Shown here: positions 50,943 to 62,975 of the stretch, piece by piece
How positions within the stretch are numbered: the stretch's first letter is position 1
Layout of the letters: each line of letters begins with the position of its first letter
Assembly (NCBI GenBank): GCA_026025075.1
Contig: JAPEUI010000017.1
Span: 1 to 64,000 of the forward strand
Length of the DNA: 64,000 nucleotides
Direction: 5' to 3'
From: Vezdaea acicularis
Lineage: Eukaryota
Position numbers and translations under genes: made by a program
Notes under the pieces: generated by a model
The model's input: the letters and a program-made list of their open reading frames with translations, nothing else
Told to the model about the DNA's origin: nothing
Database searches by the model: none

Positions 50943-52177
50943 CCATGGAGACACATGGTTGGCTGGCTTACTCAGGGCGTTTTATGGACAGGACTACATG
51001 GCATAGAGATCGGGTTATCGGCGCTGGTTTGGCAAGTCAATCTGTAGTGAGGAAATGGGAGGCTCTTCCGAATACTAGGTGTATGGGTACAGACCTGAGA
51101 TGGAAGCTGTTGCAAGAAATCTTGAGCCTTTCAACACGCTTCAAGCTGGCTTGAAGCGTCATGTATTCCCATATGGAAGCCGTCATAGATTTAAGAATCG
51201 ATATGGCAACGCAAAAGTATACGGATGTGCTCTCAGATTAGCTCTCCAAAGTTCTCATAGCTAACCATTCTTGTCTGGAGGACAAAAGGCTAGCGTTGCA
51301 AATTTGGCTTTTGACACTATTTATCATCACTGAGCCCCAATATACACCTTCTATCTTGCGTTATGGGAACGCAAGGCCAGCAAACGTACTTTCGACGGGC
51401 TTCGGAAAAACGTGACATCAGACGTAGGTATCCTACCTAAGAGATTAGCTGCCGATCGAGGATACCAAGTGAATCACATACTTAGCTGCTTCTGCGATTG
51501 AAAACTACAAATCTGATCTTGTCACTGGTGGCTTTAGTAGCGCAAGGGCCGTGATCTGACCTTTCTCTACAGGCCACCTCAAATTATCTTCCTTTTCGGC
51601 ACAGCAGCCTCAACAGAGCCCAGGCATAGCATCACGAGTCGGAACCACAGTAGAAAGCCGAACGAAGAAGATGATAATCAGGATTGACATTCGCGCAGTG
51701 GACCGAGAGAGTTCTGTCTAAGATCTCTGTTCATACGTTCAGTCACTTAGCTAAGCTTGGGTCGTCAGTAGTACTGGCTTCCTTTAGCCCGACTATCGTG
51801 AAGCTCAATGAATGTTTCTGCATCGAGGAACTATGTACACCTTGGTATTAGTTTCTGGAATCTATGGATTGCTTGGTCGCAAGAAACTAACCTGTCTGGT
51901 TCATGGCGGTTGAAGTCATTAAATTTGGGGGGATCAGCGAACTCGGGTAAGGCTGTCCTCTCCAGGCTTGACTAGGCTGTTTTCGTTTAGATCGACAAAC
52001 ACCTGCCCTTGCTTGCCCTAGCCTCATCTGCGGTACGTCAGGTGCTTGCCATTTGAACTTGTATATACACCAAGCGACATGGATATTCCCTAGGTTGATT
52101 GCGCTATGCAAAAGCCGAATCGAAATTCAGGGCACCAGTCTGAGGAAGAAAAGGAAAAGAGTACGGAACCTGAGTCA

Positions 52178-54021
52178 ATGTCTTCGTGGCTATCTAGGAC
52201 AGTATCCTCACACCAGACACAGCTTGCGGCGACAGCAGTGATCTCCGGGGCTGTTGTCGCAGGCGCGATCCTTGGGTACCAGCATGTTCAACATAGAGCC
52301 AGGGTAGACGACCTCAAAAACTCAATTCCGGAAATCAGCAAGGAGCATAAGGCCGATGAGGTAAGCCTCTATGTCCATATCATTTTGCAGCGCTTCATCG
52401 CAAGAGGGCTCTGAGCACGGGCCATCCTCAAAAACAAGGGGAACTTCCTATGGGGGTACACAATGAGAATGGCTTCGCGAGCTGTCCTTATTTTCACAGT
52501 CAGACGCGCTTGCAATCATTATCTCGAGGCTATTGTGAGCGTGCTCAGCTCCGAGAGCGTTTCTACGATGCACCTTTTGCGCCGCATTATTCTTACTTTG
52601 TTTGGGCACAGCTAACTGTCGAAGTGAAGCTCACGGAGTTTGGGGCTGCATCACCAATACCCAACTCAAAAAGCGAGGACGAGCGCGGCGCAGCTATAGC
52701 TTTGCGTGCTCAACGCGGTGACTATAATAATGGTTCGCAAACCATCCTGTAGATATCATCTTACTAGTATCAAGTCTAATAGCGCCATCTAGATCTCATC
52801 CTGGAACAGCTCGCTCGCAACCGCGTCTTTCTCTCAGAAGCCGGCCTTCAAACCCTTCGATCTTCCTTCATAATTGTTGTTGGGTGTGGTGGTGTCGGCT
52901 CTCACGCAACTAGCGCCCTTGCCAGGAGCGGAGTATCGAGACTTCGATTGATTGATTTTGATCAGGTCACCCTGTCATCCTTAAATCGCCATGCTGTCGC
53001 CACCCTTTCTGATGTCGGAACAGCCAAGGTGACCTGTCTTGCAAAACGCTTGGGACAAGTCACGCCATGGGTAAAGTTCTCGCTCCTCAACGAGCTCTTC
53101 AGCACCTCCACTGCAGCGCGACAGCTTGGCCCTTGGGAAGATGGGCAAATGCCTGATTACATTATCGATGCCATTGATAATATCGATAGCAAAGTTGCGC
53201 TTTTGTCATACTGTTATAAGAACCACTTGCCTATCATCTCATCGATGGGAGCAGGCTGCAAATCAGACCCTACGAAGGTAGTCATAGGCGACATATCAGC
53301 TAGCATTGAGGATCCACTCTCACGGGCAACTAGACGTCGGTTACGCGCTTTAGGAATTGATAAAGGTATCCCCGTCATATACTCTACTGAGAAGCCTGGG
53401 CCAGGAAAGGCAGAGCTGTTGCCTTTACCAGAGAAAGAATATGCCAAAGGTGGCGTTGGCGAACTGGGTGTACTTCCTGATTTCAGAGTGAGGATATTAC
53501 CAGTCCTTGGGACGATGCCAGCCGTGTTTGGGAACGGGGTGGCAAATCATGTCATTTTGGAGCTAGCAAAGTATCCCCATGAGTACAGCGTGAGCAAGGG
53601 AAGAGAGAAGCTGTATGAGAGTGCCCTCGCAAGCTTACAGGCTCAGGAAGAGCGCTTGGCTGTGTGGGGGCAAGAGGACGCAATGGGGCTGAAGATACCC
53701 TTGAGTAAAGAAGACGTCGGCTACTTGATCGAGGAAGTGTGGAGGGGCAGAAGCGCGTTGAGTGGGATCACCACCAGGTTAACTCTCGTCAGATGGCGGC
53801 TTCCCGCTGAGAAGAATATAGTGGATAAGAGATGGGACGGCCAAAAATTTTCCAGACTAAAATTCGATGATCTGGTTTGTATGACGAAAGAAGAAGCGGT
53901 ATCTCACGAACGGGATATATTGAAGGGCGGGAAAGCGCCAGAAGATATATATGACGAATCGATCGTCGGGCTGGTAAAGTTGAGGATGGCGGAGGAGGCA
54001 TCGTTCGCAAAATACAGGTGA
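52178..54021 (+). CDS. TCD2: tRNA threonylcarbamoyladenosine dehydratase (ThiF/E1-like, Tcd1/Tcd2); 3 exons
   Basis: N-terminal TM anchor, LILEQLARNRVF, VVGCGGVGSH, IDFDQVTLSSLNRH, DAIDNIDSK, SSMGAGCKSDP, LPVLGTMPAVFG. Introns 52361-52629 and about 52733-52792. Confidence 0.93.
52386..52572 (+). ncRNA. Candidate structured intronic RNA element (four-way junction) in TCD intron 1
   Basis: Hand-folded helices 52411-52419/52540-52548, 52420-52430/52464-52474, 52476-52485/52496-52508 and 52509-52516/52532-52539 meet with 0-1 nt linkers; several G-U pairs. Confidence 0.6.
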
Positions 54022-54437
54022 CAAAAATAATAAAATATCCGGCAGTTATGCCTCCGTATATTGGACAACTAAGCTAGTTCTTTGACAGGTTTGTTCGTTG
54101 GAATTGATGCAACCAAAAGCTGCCTTCGTATTTTTGGCGACCTCGATAGGGGCTCTCGCCTTAAAGACATGTATAATTGCTATCATGGATAAACGGTCGA
54201 TCATGGCCCTGACGACATCGCGCTTGTATGCGGGCAGAGCGTGGGCATCCCTGCACCGGTTCTAGCCCTTCCTGACTTATTAGCATTCCGTCAATATGGA
54301 CGCGCGTTCCCTCCCTCATCGAATCAGCGTAATTCTATTACAAAACCGCTACACACCCCCTTTTCTCTCCAATCAGTACAAAATCAACGTCCGCGAACCC
54401 CACGGGAGACCCTAACTGTCAGCCAAGGCTTTACGAC

Positions 54438-55265
54438 ATGTCTGGCTCGGTAGGTGTGCTTCTTCCCAAAAGCTTGAGTCTTCGGCTAATACCCAACCAG
54501 GACAAGGCAAACCTTGCCCGTATTCGTGATAATCAGCGTCGCTCTCGAGCTCGTCGAAAAGAATACCTACAAGAGCTAGAAACTCGATTTCGCAACTGCG
54601 AGCTTATGGGCGTTGAGGCTTCGGCTGAAATCCAAGCTGTTGCAAGAAGAGTTGCAGATGAGAACAAACGCTTGCGCCTTCTTCTGCAGCAACAAGGTGT
54701 GGATGAAAAAGAAATTGATCCGCTCTTGGCTGGTCTTGTCGGCCAAGAAGAACACAACTCTGAAGCACCTGTTCTGAACACGCTCTTGACTACGCGCAAA
54801 TCATGTAATCGGGGAAATACTGAGCGAGGACCCCAACAACGATCAACAGCTCCCAGTTTCTCAATTAAGGAAAGCGATGTGCGCACTCCACCATCACGGC
54901 TACTCTCTACCTCGTCAGCTGTTTCGTCCACTGCATTTAGCGGTAAACAGGTAGAAAAGGCCGCTCCATCGGACCAGCAAATCGCTATGTCCATTCAACA
55001 AATCCACAGCATGCCATCTATTCCCAGTAACGACAATGGCGAATTCTTTTTTGATGAAAATCTCATTTCAGACTCACCTAACGATCAGGGCAATAACTTT
55101 TCGTGTCAGCAAGCCGCCGATATAGTCTCAGTCATGAACAGTGCAGTTGATCACGATCAAATCTCTGCCGAATTAGGATGTCTGCCTGGATCAGAGTGCA
55201 GCGTTGACAATCAGACATTGTTCGCAGTGATGGATCAATTTTCAGCTGAAGCTCAAAGCATGTGA
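54438..55265 (+). CDS. bZIP-like transcription factor
   Basis: NLARIRDNQRRSRARRKEYLQELE basic region and zipper, C-terminal LGC...CSVDN motif; probable in-frame intron 54450-54500. Confidence 0.85.
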   Translation: MSGSVGVLLPKSLSLRLIPNQDKANLARIRDNQRRSRARRKEYLQELETRFRNCELMGVEASAEIQAVARRVADENKRLRLLLQQQGVDEKEIDPLLAGLVGQEEHNSEAPVLNTLLTTRKSCNRGNTERGPQQRSTAPSFSIKESDVRTPPSRLLSTSSAVSSTAFSGKQVEKAAPSDQQIAMSIQQIHSMPSIPSNDNGEFFFDENLISDSPNDQGNNFSCQQAADIVSVMNSAVDHDQISAELGCLPGSECSVDNQTLFAVMDQFSAEAQSM

Positions 55266-56108
55266 TATCCAGAACACCCCTGGTTGTTCCCCTCGTTTCT
55301 ATGCTTGCTATAGAAGACTTTTTGCTACTGGGTAGAACGGCGCAAAGTCAACTCCGGATAACAGAATGGGAAGACTTCTAGTCCTTAGACGGTCACTCTA
55401 TGGGCTAAATGCGACATACTTCTGTTTTTCCATACTCAAGAGCTGGTGAATATTCAACAGTTGATCAAGGTCGTCTTCGAAAAGCCATTCGACAAGGAAA
55501 TACGATGTTTGAACTGCCTCGTCATATCTAACTTGTCCCCGTAAACCAAGCGAAAATCGAGCTTTACGTATCACGGAGACATGAACTCGACTTTAGCGAG
55601 ATTGGCTAGCAATTCAAGACCACTGTCTATCCGGACAGACCTGGGTGTGGTGTTCAATCGGCTGTCTCGAAGTTCCCAAAGTCTATTCCAATGCTCTCCT
55701 CCAGACGAAGGCTGTTGAGAGCGCACTAAACCAGTTGAGAATGGCCTCTATTAGACCGTGCTTTGTGATAGCTGAACGAGGGAGAGATGTGACCATCGCC
55801 AAAACAGTTCCAAGGGGCCACAAGAGGATGTCCTACCGAGAGATGCTCTAAGCGGGAGAAAGTATGCGGGCCAGTCAATGGCTTCTAAGGGTGTACAAGA
55901 CATTGACCGGATTAAGGAAAAGTAATGTTGCAGAACCATAGCGCAGAGAATGAATGCATACTATCAATGATGAGGGTATCAAAATAGCAGTTCATCCTCG
56001 CTATGGTGATTTAGCCGCTGTCCAGAGCTACCAGATCCTACCAAAATCAATAATCTCTACTGATATGACAAAGCAAATGTCGTAATCCCACATCTCATAA
56101 TCATACAT

Positions 56109-57549
56109 TCACTATTGTACGTCAGTAGATTTATCATAGGCAAAAGCTCAATCTTGATACATACCAAGAAGTAATCAGCGACGGGCTTCTTCGCCGGCAT
56201 GCCCCTTGAGTCCTGTGGTGCTGCCTCGAAAACTCGGTACCTCCTTCCCGGTCCAGACATACCGTCCATGACTCCAACAGCCCTCCCCATATCTCCGTTG
56301 GCCCTTCTCACGACGCTACCGGTAGTGTCCTCTCCCAGCTCCAGGATCGCTGCAACATTACCGCACCTATAGCAATAATTGGGCGCTGACCACACGGTCA
56401 CAATGCCAGCATCGAACATCTCCTTGAACCCTTCCATAACAAGCTGATGCGCGCGAGCTACGAATGACAGGTCGTTGGTATGATTGAAATGCTTGACGAT
56501 ATCAGACCCGAAGAGAAAACCTGCTCCGCGAGGGCTTAGCCCCCAACCATTAATCTCATCCGGGTCTGACCACAGTAGATCGCACATAGCCCCCTCGTGG
56601 GGGACCTCCTGTTTGCGGTCCAGCAGTCGTATCTTGTCCAGCGTATCTACGAGGGGAGATAATCCACCATGTACACATAAAACCGCGCCACTACCACCCG
56701 AGGAGCTACCGCTACTAGACCCAGAGGCGCCAGTACCAGCTGGCCCCGCAAGAAGTGGTGTGGGAGAAGACGGAGGAGAAGGCGTCGTTACTTGTTGAAG
56801 GTTTGGTTGTGAGCGCGAGATGCGGGATATCACACCGCCGCTAGCGTTGAGGATCTCAATCTCAGTCCCCTCGGGGATCTCCGATTCCCCGGGTAAAGCT
56901 GTAGTGGACGGTTGGACTTCGTGCGAAGCACCTGTGACCAGAGCGCCCAGCGCGAGATAGTCGAAAACATCACAGCAATATCGCCATACATTGCCGCTTC
57001 CGTATTTCCTCAAGCATTCGTCGTAAAAGCCGTAAACTGTCGTGATCTGGCGTGACTCGTGGTTTCCTCGTATCAGCGTTATTCTGTCAGGGTATCGTAC
57101 TTTGAGGCACAAGAGGAGGAGGAAGGATTCGAGAGAGTAGAAACCGCGGTCCACAAAGTCGCCTACACAAGGTTAGATCCTAAGCTCGCGGTTGGAAGCT
57201 GACGCTACAAACATACCCATAAAGAGATAGTTCGTATCTGGCACATCCCCGCCAACTCGAAAAAGCTCCATAAGATCATGAAATTGGCCGTGTATATCGC
57301 CGCATATCTGGTACGTCATCATCAGCTTTGCAATTATTGGATATTTCCACTTCACTGACCGTCACGGGCGCGTCGACCCCAACAACATTGCCTTCCTCTA
57401 TCAACAACTCCCTGGCTTTGAAACATATCTCCCGTACTTGGACTTCCGGTATAGGACGGCAAGCGCGCAGCTGTGCGATAGCTCTGAGCTGTGGGTTAGC
57501 TTTAGATTCGCCGCGTCAGGGACTATACTCACTTGTCAACGTCGCTCAT
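56109..57549 (-). CDS. PPH3: Protein phosphatase 4 catalytic subunit; multi-exon
   Basis: [31 protein letters not shown]-terminus KKPVADYFL as in PP4C; the stop codon lies after intron 56164-56112. Confidence 0.92.
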
Positions 57550-58128
57550 GGTGCCAGCACCACCCTCCCACCATGAGTGAGGATTTACGGAGCTCCTCCA
57601 ATTTTTGAACTATAGTGATTGCCAGTACATGAACGAGTTGCTTCTGACCCTAGTATCGCTCGCACCCGTCGGACTACTTTCACAGATTACCAGACGTGAA
57701 AGGCTATGCCCCTCTTTGAAAAGGATCGGTTTATTTGCGCGCAACGGGAGAGGGTTTTATGTTGAAAGAAATATGTATTGTATTGAGCTAATATGATGCG
57801 AGCTACAACATCGATTCGAGGTATGAATTGGAGCTTAATTATGATATGAGCTTCACAAGGAATATTTTCGGTAGAATGACCATCACGTGATTATGTTAAG
57901 CTTTTGATGCTTCTCATCATCATCTCAAAATCTGTTCTTTCACAGCTGTACTACTCCGCTGAACGATTGAAACTAGTTTTCGTGAGGTTGTTGCATACAG
58001 GTAAATTCTCAAGGGTTGTTGATAATTCAACAGCACTTCTAACACGCACAGGTGTTTATGGGCTATGGATCCACTGTAATATCTCAGTCTTCGTCAAGCC
58101 ACACGCCTAGGCGCCGTCTACAGTCAGA

Positions 58129-58512
58129 ATGCCTCCCCACATGCATCCGCGGTCACGCCTTACAACTTCTCTTTTCACCACTACGCTCCTAGCATCATTC
58201 CTTGTCGTTGGCATGCCTCACATACTACCATGTCCTGCAGGACCTCAGTACGCCGACTCGGGCAATGGTCAACTCACAGCAGAGGGCACGAAGAGACGAC
58301 GGAGACGGAAGCCGGGTCTTCCAAGTGATGACGAGGAAAAGCAAAATATGAAGCTTGAAAGCTTTGCGGTCGATGAGAATGATGTTGGCGGCGAGGGACG
58401 AACGAGAGAATGCCCTGTACCGAAACCTACAGGGCTAGTGGGCACAATACTGGGCTTTCAGAGGCCGATGAACACATCGGACGTTGATGGTAAAGGCTCT
58501 AGGGCTGATTGA
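58129..58512 (+). CDS. COA2: Cytochrome c oxidase assembly factor 2-like small protein
   Basis: SLFTTTLLASFLVVGMPHILPCPA and RECPVPKP motifs. Confidence 0.72.
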   Translation: MPPHMHPRSRLTTSLFTTTLLASFLVVGMPHILPCPAGPQYADSGNGQLTAEGTKRRRRRKPGLPSDDEEKQNMKLESFAVDENDVGGEGRTRECPVPKPTGLVGTILGFQRPMNTSDVDGKGSRAD

Positions 58513-59526
58513 TACAAACAAATCAGTCTATACGTTGTACATATTGTATCTAAGAGCCCATAGACGCGTGAATGTGCTGTCCATTAAACCTTTGAACGTG
58601 TCCAGGCTCTTCGAAATTTGAATACTGCTACCATTTGATGTAGATGCGTATGTTTTTATGCTTCAGCAAGTGCTTGTTGTTTGGCACTACATATATACCC
58701 AAGTTCGCCCCCAATTCTCGAAGCGAGTAGGCAGAATCACCTCCCAGGCTTTCACTGCCTAAAGCGCCAAGTACGGGAGAACTTTGCCCAATATAGCTCG
58801 CAATGACCTATAGACATCTCAAAATGACTTTCGCTTTGAATCCCTCTCCAGCATCTTTAGAATTCAAGTTAAAGAGCCCTTGGTTTCAGAATAGATATCA
58901 AATGCTACAAGAGATGTCGATCCTGAGTTCTCCTTGACATAATCAATACCTTGCTTCCGTTGAGGCAGATCTTGCCCTCCATTCACTTACCTTTCTAAAA
59001 GAGCAATAAGTTGTGCTATAAATCACAGCTGTTGCAGCTTTCATTTTGAATTGCACCCACCCAGTATGCCTAGGCATTCCATCTAGGAACTATATCTTTC
59101 TATCCTTCCATGATCAAGTGGGTTTGAGAGGCTGTGTCTTGGATAGTGAGCTCGCACTCCTGTTGCGTAAGTTCTTTCCACCTCTATTTTTTAAAAATAA
59201 AATGAGTACCAAGAGCATCATGGAGACGATACCATGTGGTTCACTGGTCTTCCAAGGAGCTCTCGGCGTGATCCTCATTTTCATCAAGCCTGCACACTAC
59301 AATTGGTGTTCCTAAACCAAATCACGTTGTATGCTTTATATGTGAAGAGGTTCCATTACTTTACTCTAGCAGCGATCATTTAGATGATTTAGGTTATGTT
59401 TGCCTAATTCATTGCTCTCTTACTCGGTCATCCAACATTCTAAGTCGCTGAATAGATTAGTAGAAGCAGCACATTGTGTTCTAAATCGCTACTTGGTACT
59501 CTTCCCAGGAGTCATTGTACGAAAAG

Positions 59527-62319
59527 ATGACGACCGAAGGAGAAATTCCTGAGTGGATGATTGGTGCTCACAAACTCGGATTCTATGATCTTCAAGATAT
59601 TTTGGAGAAATTCAAGCTGGATGGAGATGAAAGCCTGAAAGGGATGAGTGTTACCTCGGTAGCAAAGGAAGGCATTTCAGTCTACCTCAAACAGTACCAA
59701 CAGGATTTGGACCTTCAAAAGAGACAAGTTTACGGAATAGGTAGAAATTACGCCTCGTTCGAGACTGGAGCAGCTTCCCTTGTCTCACAAACGATGGGGC
59801 GCCTCATTGTAGAACTGGATACCTCTGAAGATCTTTATCGAGACGTGCTCACGATCGCTGAGGCGTGTGACACTTGGATCGTCCGAAGGCTCGTACGAGA
59901 CCCACGAATACCTTACCACGTGGTACGGGCATTCCAAAGTCTTTCACCGGATACTGAGGCTGGTAGAACTGCAAGGGATGCTGTTGACATTGATGAATCA
60001 ATATTAGCACATGAAAAGTGGCTTCGATCTCGAGGAACGCTGAACCAAGATAGACTTGGACTAGTATCGTTGGAGAATTTAGATCGGGCCTTCGATATTG
60101 ATTTAACCAGAATGACACAAAGAGCCAGAACCATCATTCGAAAAGACCCTCCGCCAGGTGGATTAGAATTCCTTGATGCTAAGCGGTCACGAAGGCTAGA
60201 GATTCAGCCCAATACCAATTCCTTCATAGCCACTTTTAAACGAATCACAAAGAACATATTGGAAGGCCTTAATTGGGAGAACGTTGTCGTTGTTGGCGGT
60301 TCAGTTCTTACTACGCTTCTTCATACCGATCCCGCAAGCGACAATAAAGAATCTGTTTTCGAACCTGACTTAGACATCTATCTCTATGATCTAAATTCTC
60401 CAGATGAAGCCAACACGAAAGTTGAAGAGATATACAGAGTCTGGGCCTCGAACCTTCCAACGTCTAATAGAGAGACACTTGTCGTCAAGAATTGCAGAAC
60501 CGTAACCTTTATTCCGAGCTATCCCAACCGTGAGCCTTTGACATGAATTTTTTCACTTCAAATCAAATGCTAACGTAAGAGGAGGTCGCGTTCAAATAAT
60601 TCTTAAGATTGCAAAGTCTCCCACGGACGTCCTTTCCTGTTTCGACCTTGATCCAGCGGCTTGTTTATTCACGGGCACAGATGTACTAATGTTACCAAGG
60701 TGTGCTCGTGCTTTAGAGACTGGATATTCAACATTTACGATGCACCTCATATGGGGCCATCACTTGAGCAGTCGGCGGTCTTCGCAGGAACTGCGCCTTT
60801 TCAAGTACGCAACACGTGGCTTTGGCATGAGATTTCTCCCTAGTTACGCAAAGGCACTGGAGGATGACATGTCGGAGGAGATTATCGTAGGTGACGAGCG
60901 AGACAATGGCAAATATCTCCCTAAAACTGGCATTAAAGAACCAGGTCTCAAGACGTTGAAGCGAATCGCCTTCATCGCAAAAGACACAGTGCGTCGAAGT
61001 TGCTACCATTTATCCCTCGATGACTCGGAATGGAGACCCATGACCGACAGTGAATTTGAAGCTTTTGCTGCCTACCCAGATGGCCCGCTATATGATTCTT
61101 TCAAAGCTAGGTTTCCGTCTAGGGATCCAGGGAAACCAGCCATTATTCTAGACGAGCTAGATGGTATTGGACAGCAGCGTGGCACGGAGAGCTTTCGCGG
61201 CATCATCAAAAGTTTCGAAATGTGGATAAGACATTGTGAAGCATGGAGGCTAGATGCCCTTGGTCTTGCAAAGTAAGCGACCAGGTTACGCTCTTAATAC
61301 CAAAAGAGCTGAAGTGCTAACGAGTTGCTCGCAAACGTCATAGACTCGACATGCAGTCTTCTCCGGCCTTCTCATACGATTCAGCTAGCTACGATGGTAT
61401 TCCGAAATACGACTGGTGCCAAACATTTAGTCCTCAGTCGTTTGCCAACAATATTGAGAGGTACAATGATGAGCTATTTGACATTCTTAAGGAGGGAATA
61501 TGTTTGAAAATGAACGTGCCACTATTCCAAGGCCATTGGGCTGGGTATCTAACACGTCGAATCAGACGTATAGTACATGGTCCAGATCTTCAAAGTGTGA
61601 ATCGAAAACAAATCACTATGCCCGTTGACATTTCGGCAGACCTTCAACAATTTCTCGAGGGTCTGATTTATGGTGGCCTCGATGATGCCGGAGTATCTGG
61701 TTTGACGAGTCAAGATCCGCTTATACCTCTACACATTATTGGAGAGGGCCGCGGAGTAATTCCAGATTTACCTGAGACGTCGACGGAGAAAGGAAACCTG
61801 CGCTATTGGGTCATCGACAATGTATTGATGTGGAGCGGAATATCTCGTAAGATCGATGAGGCTTTTGAACTTTTGCATAACCTTTTCAGATGGAACGAGC
61901 TGGTCAAGATGAATTATGGCATGGACAGCCCCGAGGCTGTATTCTATATCGCCCAACGCTTTCGGTCTCGTCTTCCGCTTGCGTTAGGTCTTGATTCGGC
62001 GGTTGACTGCGACATTCCTCAGGTCCTGAGTGTTCGGGATCGTCAGAGCCGTTCGCAGCTGCAAATATCTTCCGTTCCTGGCGTCTTGTCGAAAAGAGAG
62101 AAGATGCTTTTTCAACGCTGGGCTCTGCGATGGCCTCAATACACTAAAGTACCACTGATGGAGAACTTCACCATCACGGATGGTCTTGGTAGAGAGACTG
62201 GGGGCGAGTATCCTCCTCCTGATGATCTTTTCTGGACCAAGGGAGATGAAGGATCAAATGATGGTCGGGGAGGCTTATGGATCGCTAATCCAGATGATCC
62301 GGGTGGGATGTTATTCTGA
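59527..62319 (+). CDS. Uncharacterised large protein with a Pol-beta-like nucleotidyltransferase motif; at least 3 exons
   Basis: VVVVGGSVL...DLDIYLY...YPNRRVQIILK...LSCFDLD...KYATRGFG; introns 60530-60584 and 61272-61343 join three ORFs in frame. True start may lie upstream (acceptor-like CCCAG near 59508). Confidence 0.8.
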
Positions 62320-62975
62320 CCATCTCTGGGGTAGAGTCCTCTAGTCCGTGTGCACATTCGCTCTATGATACACCCTGAGAGAACAATGCATTTTGTCGCC
62401 GCTACAGATGTAGACGCAATATTTATATCTCACGGAGAGGAACGGGAAGATGCTCATGATTGCAAGCGTTCCTGGGAATGCCAAATCATGCGCTACACAG
62501 ATGCGTAAGCTTATGCAGATTGCAATCTCATATAGAAAATAGAGTGACCATGTTGTGCCTTGTTAACTAACTGTAAGCAACGGATGTATTTCGTGGCTGA
62601 TCTAGTGAAATCTGATGACCACAAGCATTTTAAATATTTCTAAGACTATAATCCTACCATGTATTACTTAGCACATAAAATACTCAGCTTTCATCGACGT
62701 TCAACAAAGCGAGTTCCATTTAAAGTACTAGAGTATGACGCGTTAGGTTGATACAAATTGCCCACCATCACCCTCGATGTTCTCTCTGGGACGAGCCCTC
62801 TTCTCTGAGCAAAGGGACTCGAAGCACATCACAGATATGATAGGATGGAAGGTACCAAGTATAGAATGATCATCTTTTGATCTCAAAAGCACATTATCTC
62901 AGACAACGGCAACTCGAAGGGAGGTTGGATCATGATGGACTTGTACAAGGGGCAAATTATTGGAGCTTTGAGATA

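Noticed and set aside
52411..52548. Hairpin-ribozyme, snR30/U17 or TPP identity for the intronic structure
   Set aside because: AAAACA, GTACA and ACAGTC echo hairpin-ribozyme loops, but topology and loop A do not fit; the snR30 m1/m2 motifs and the TPP core are absent.
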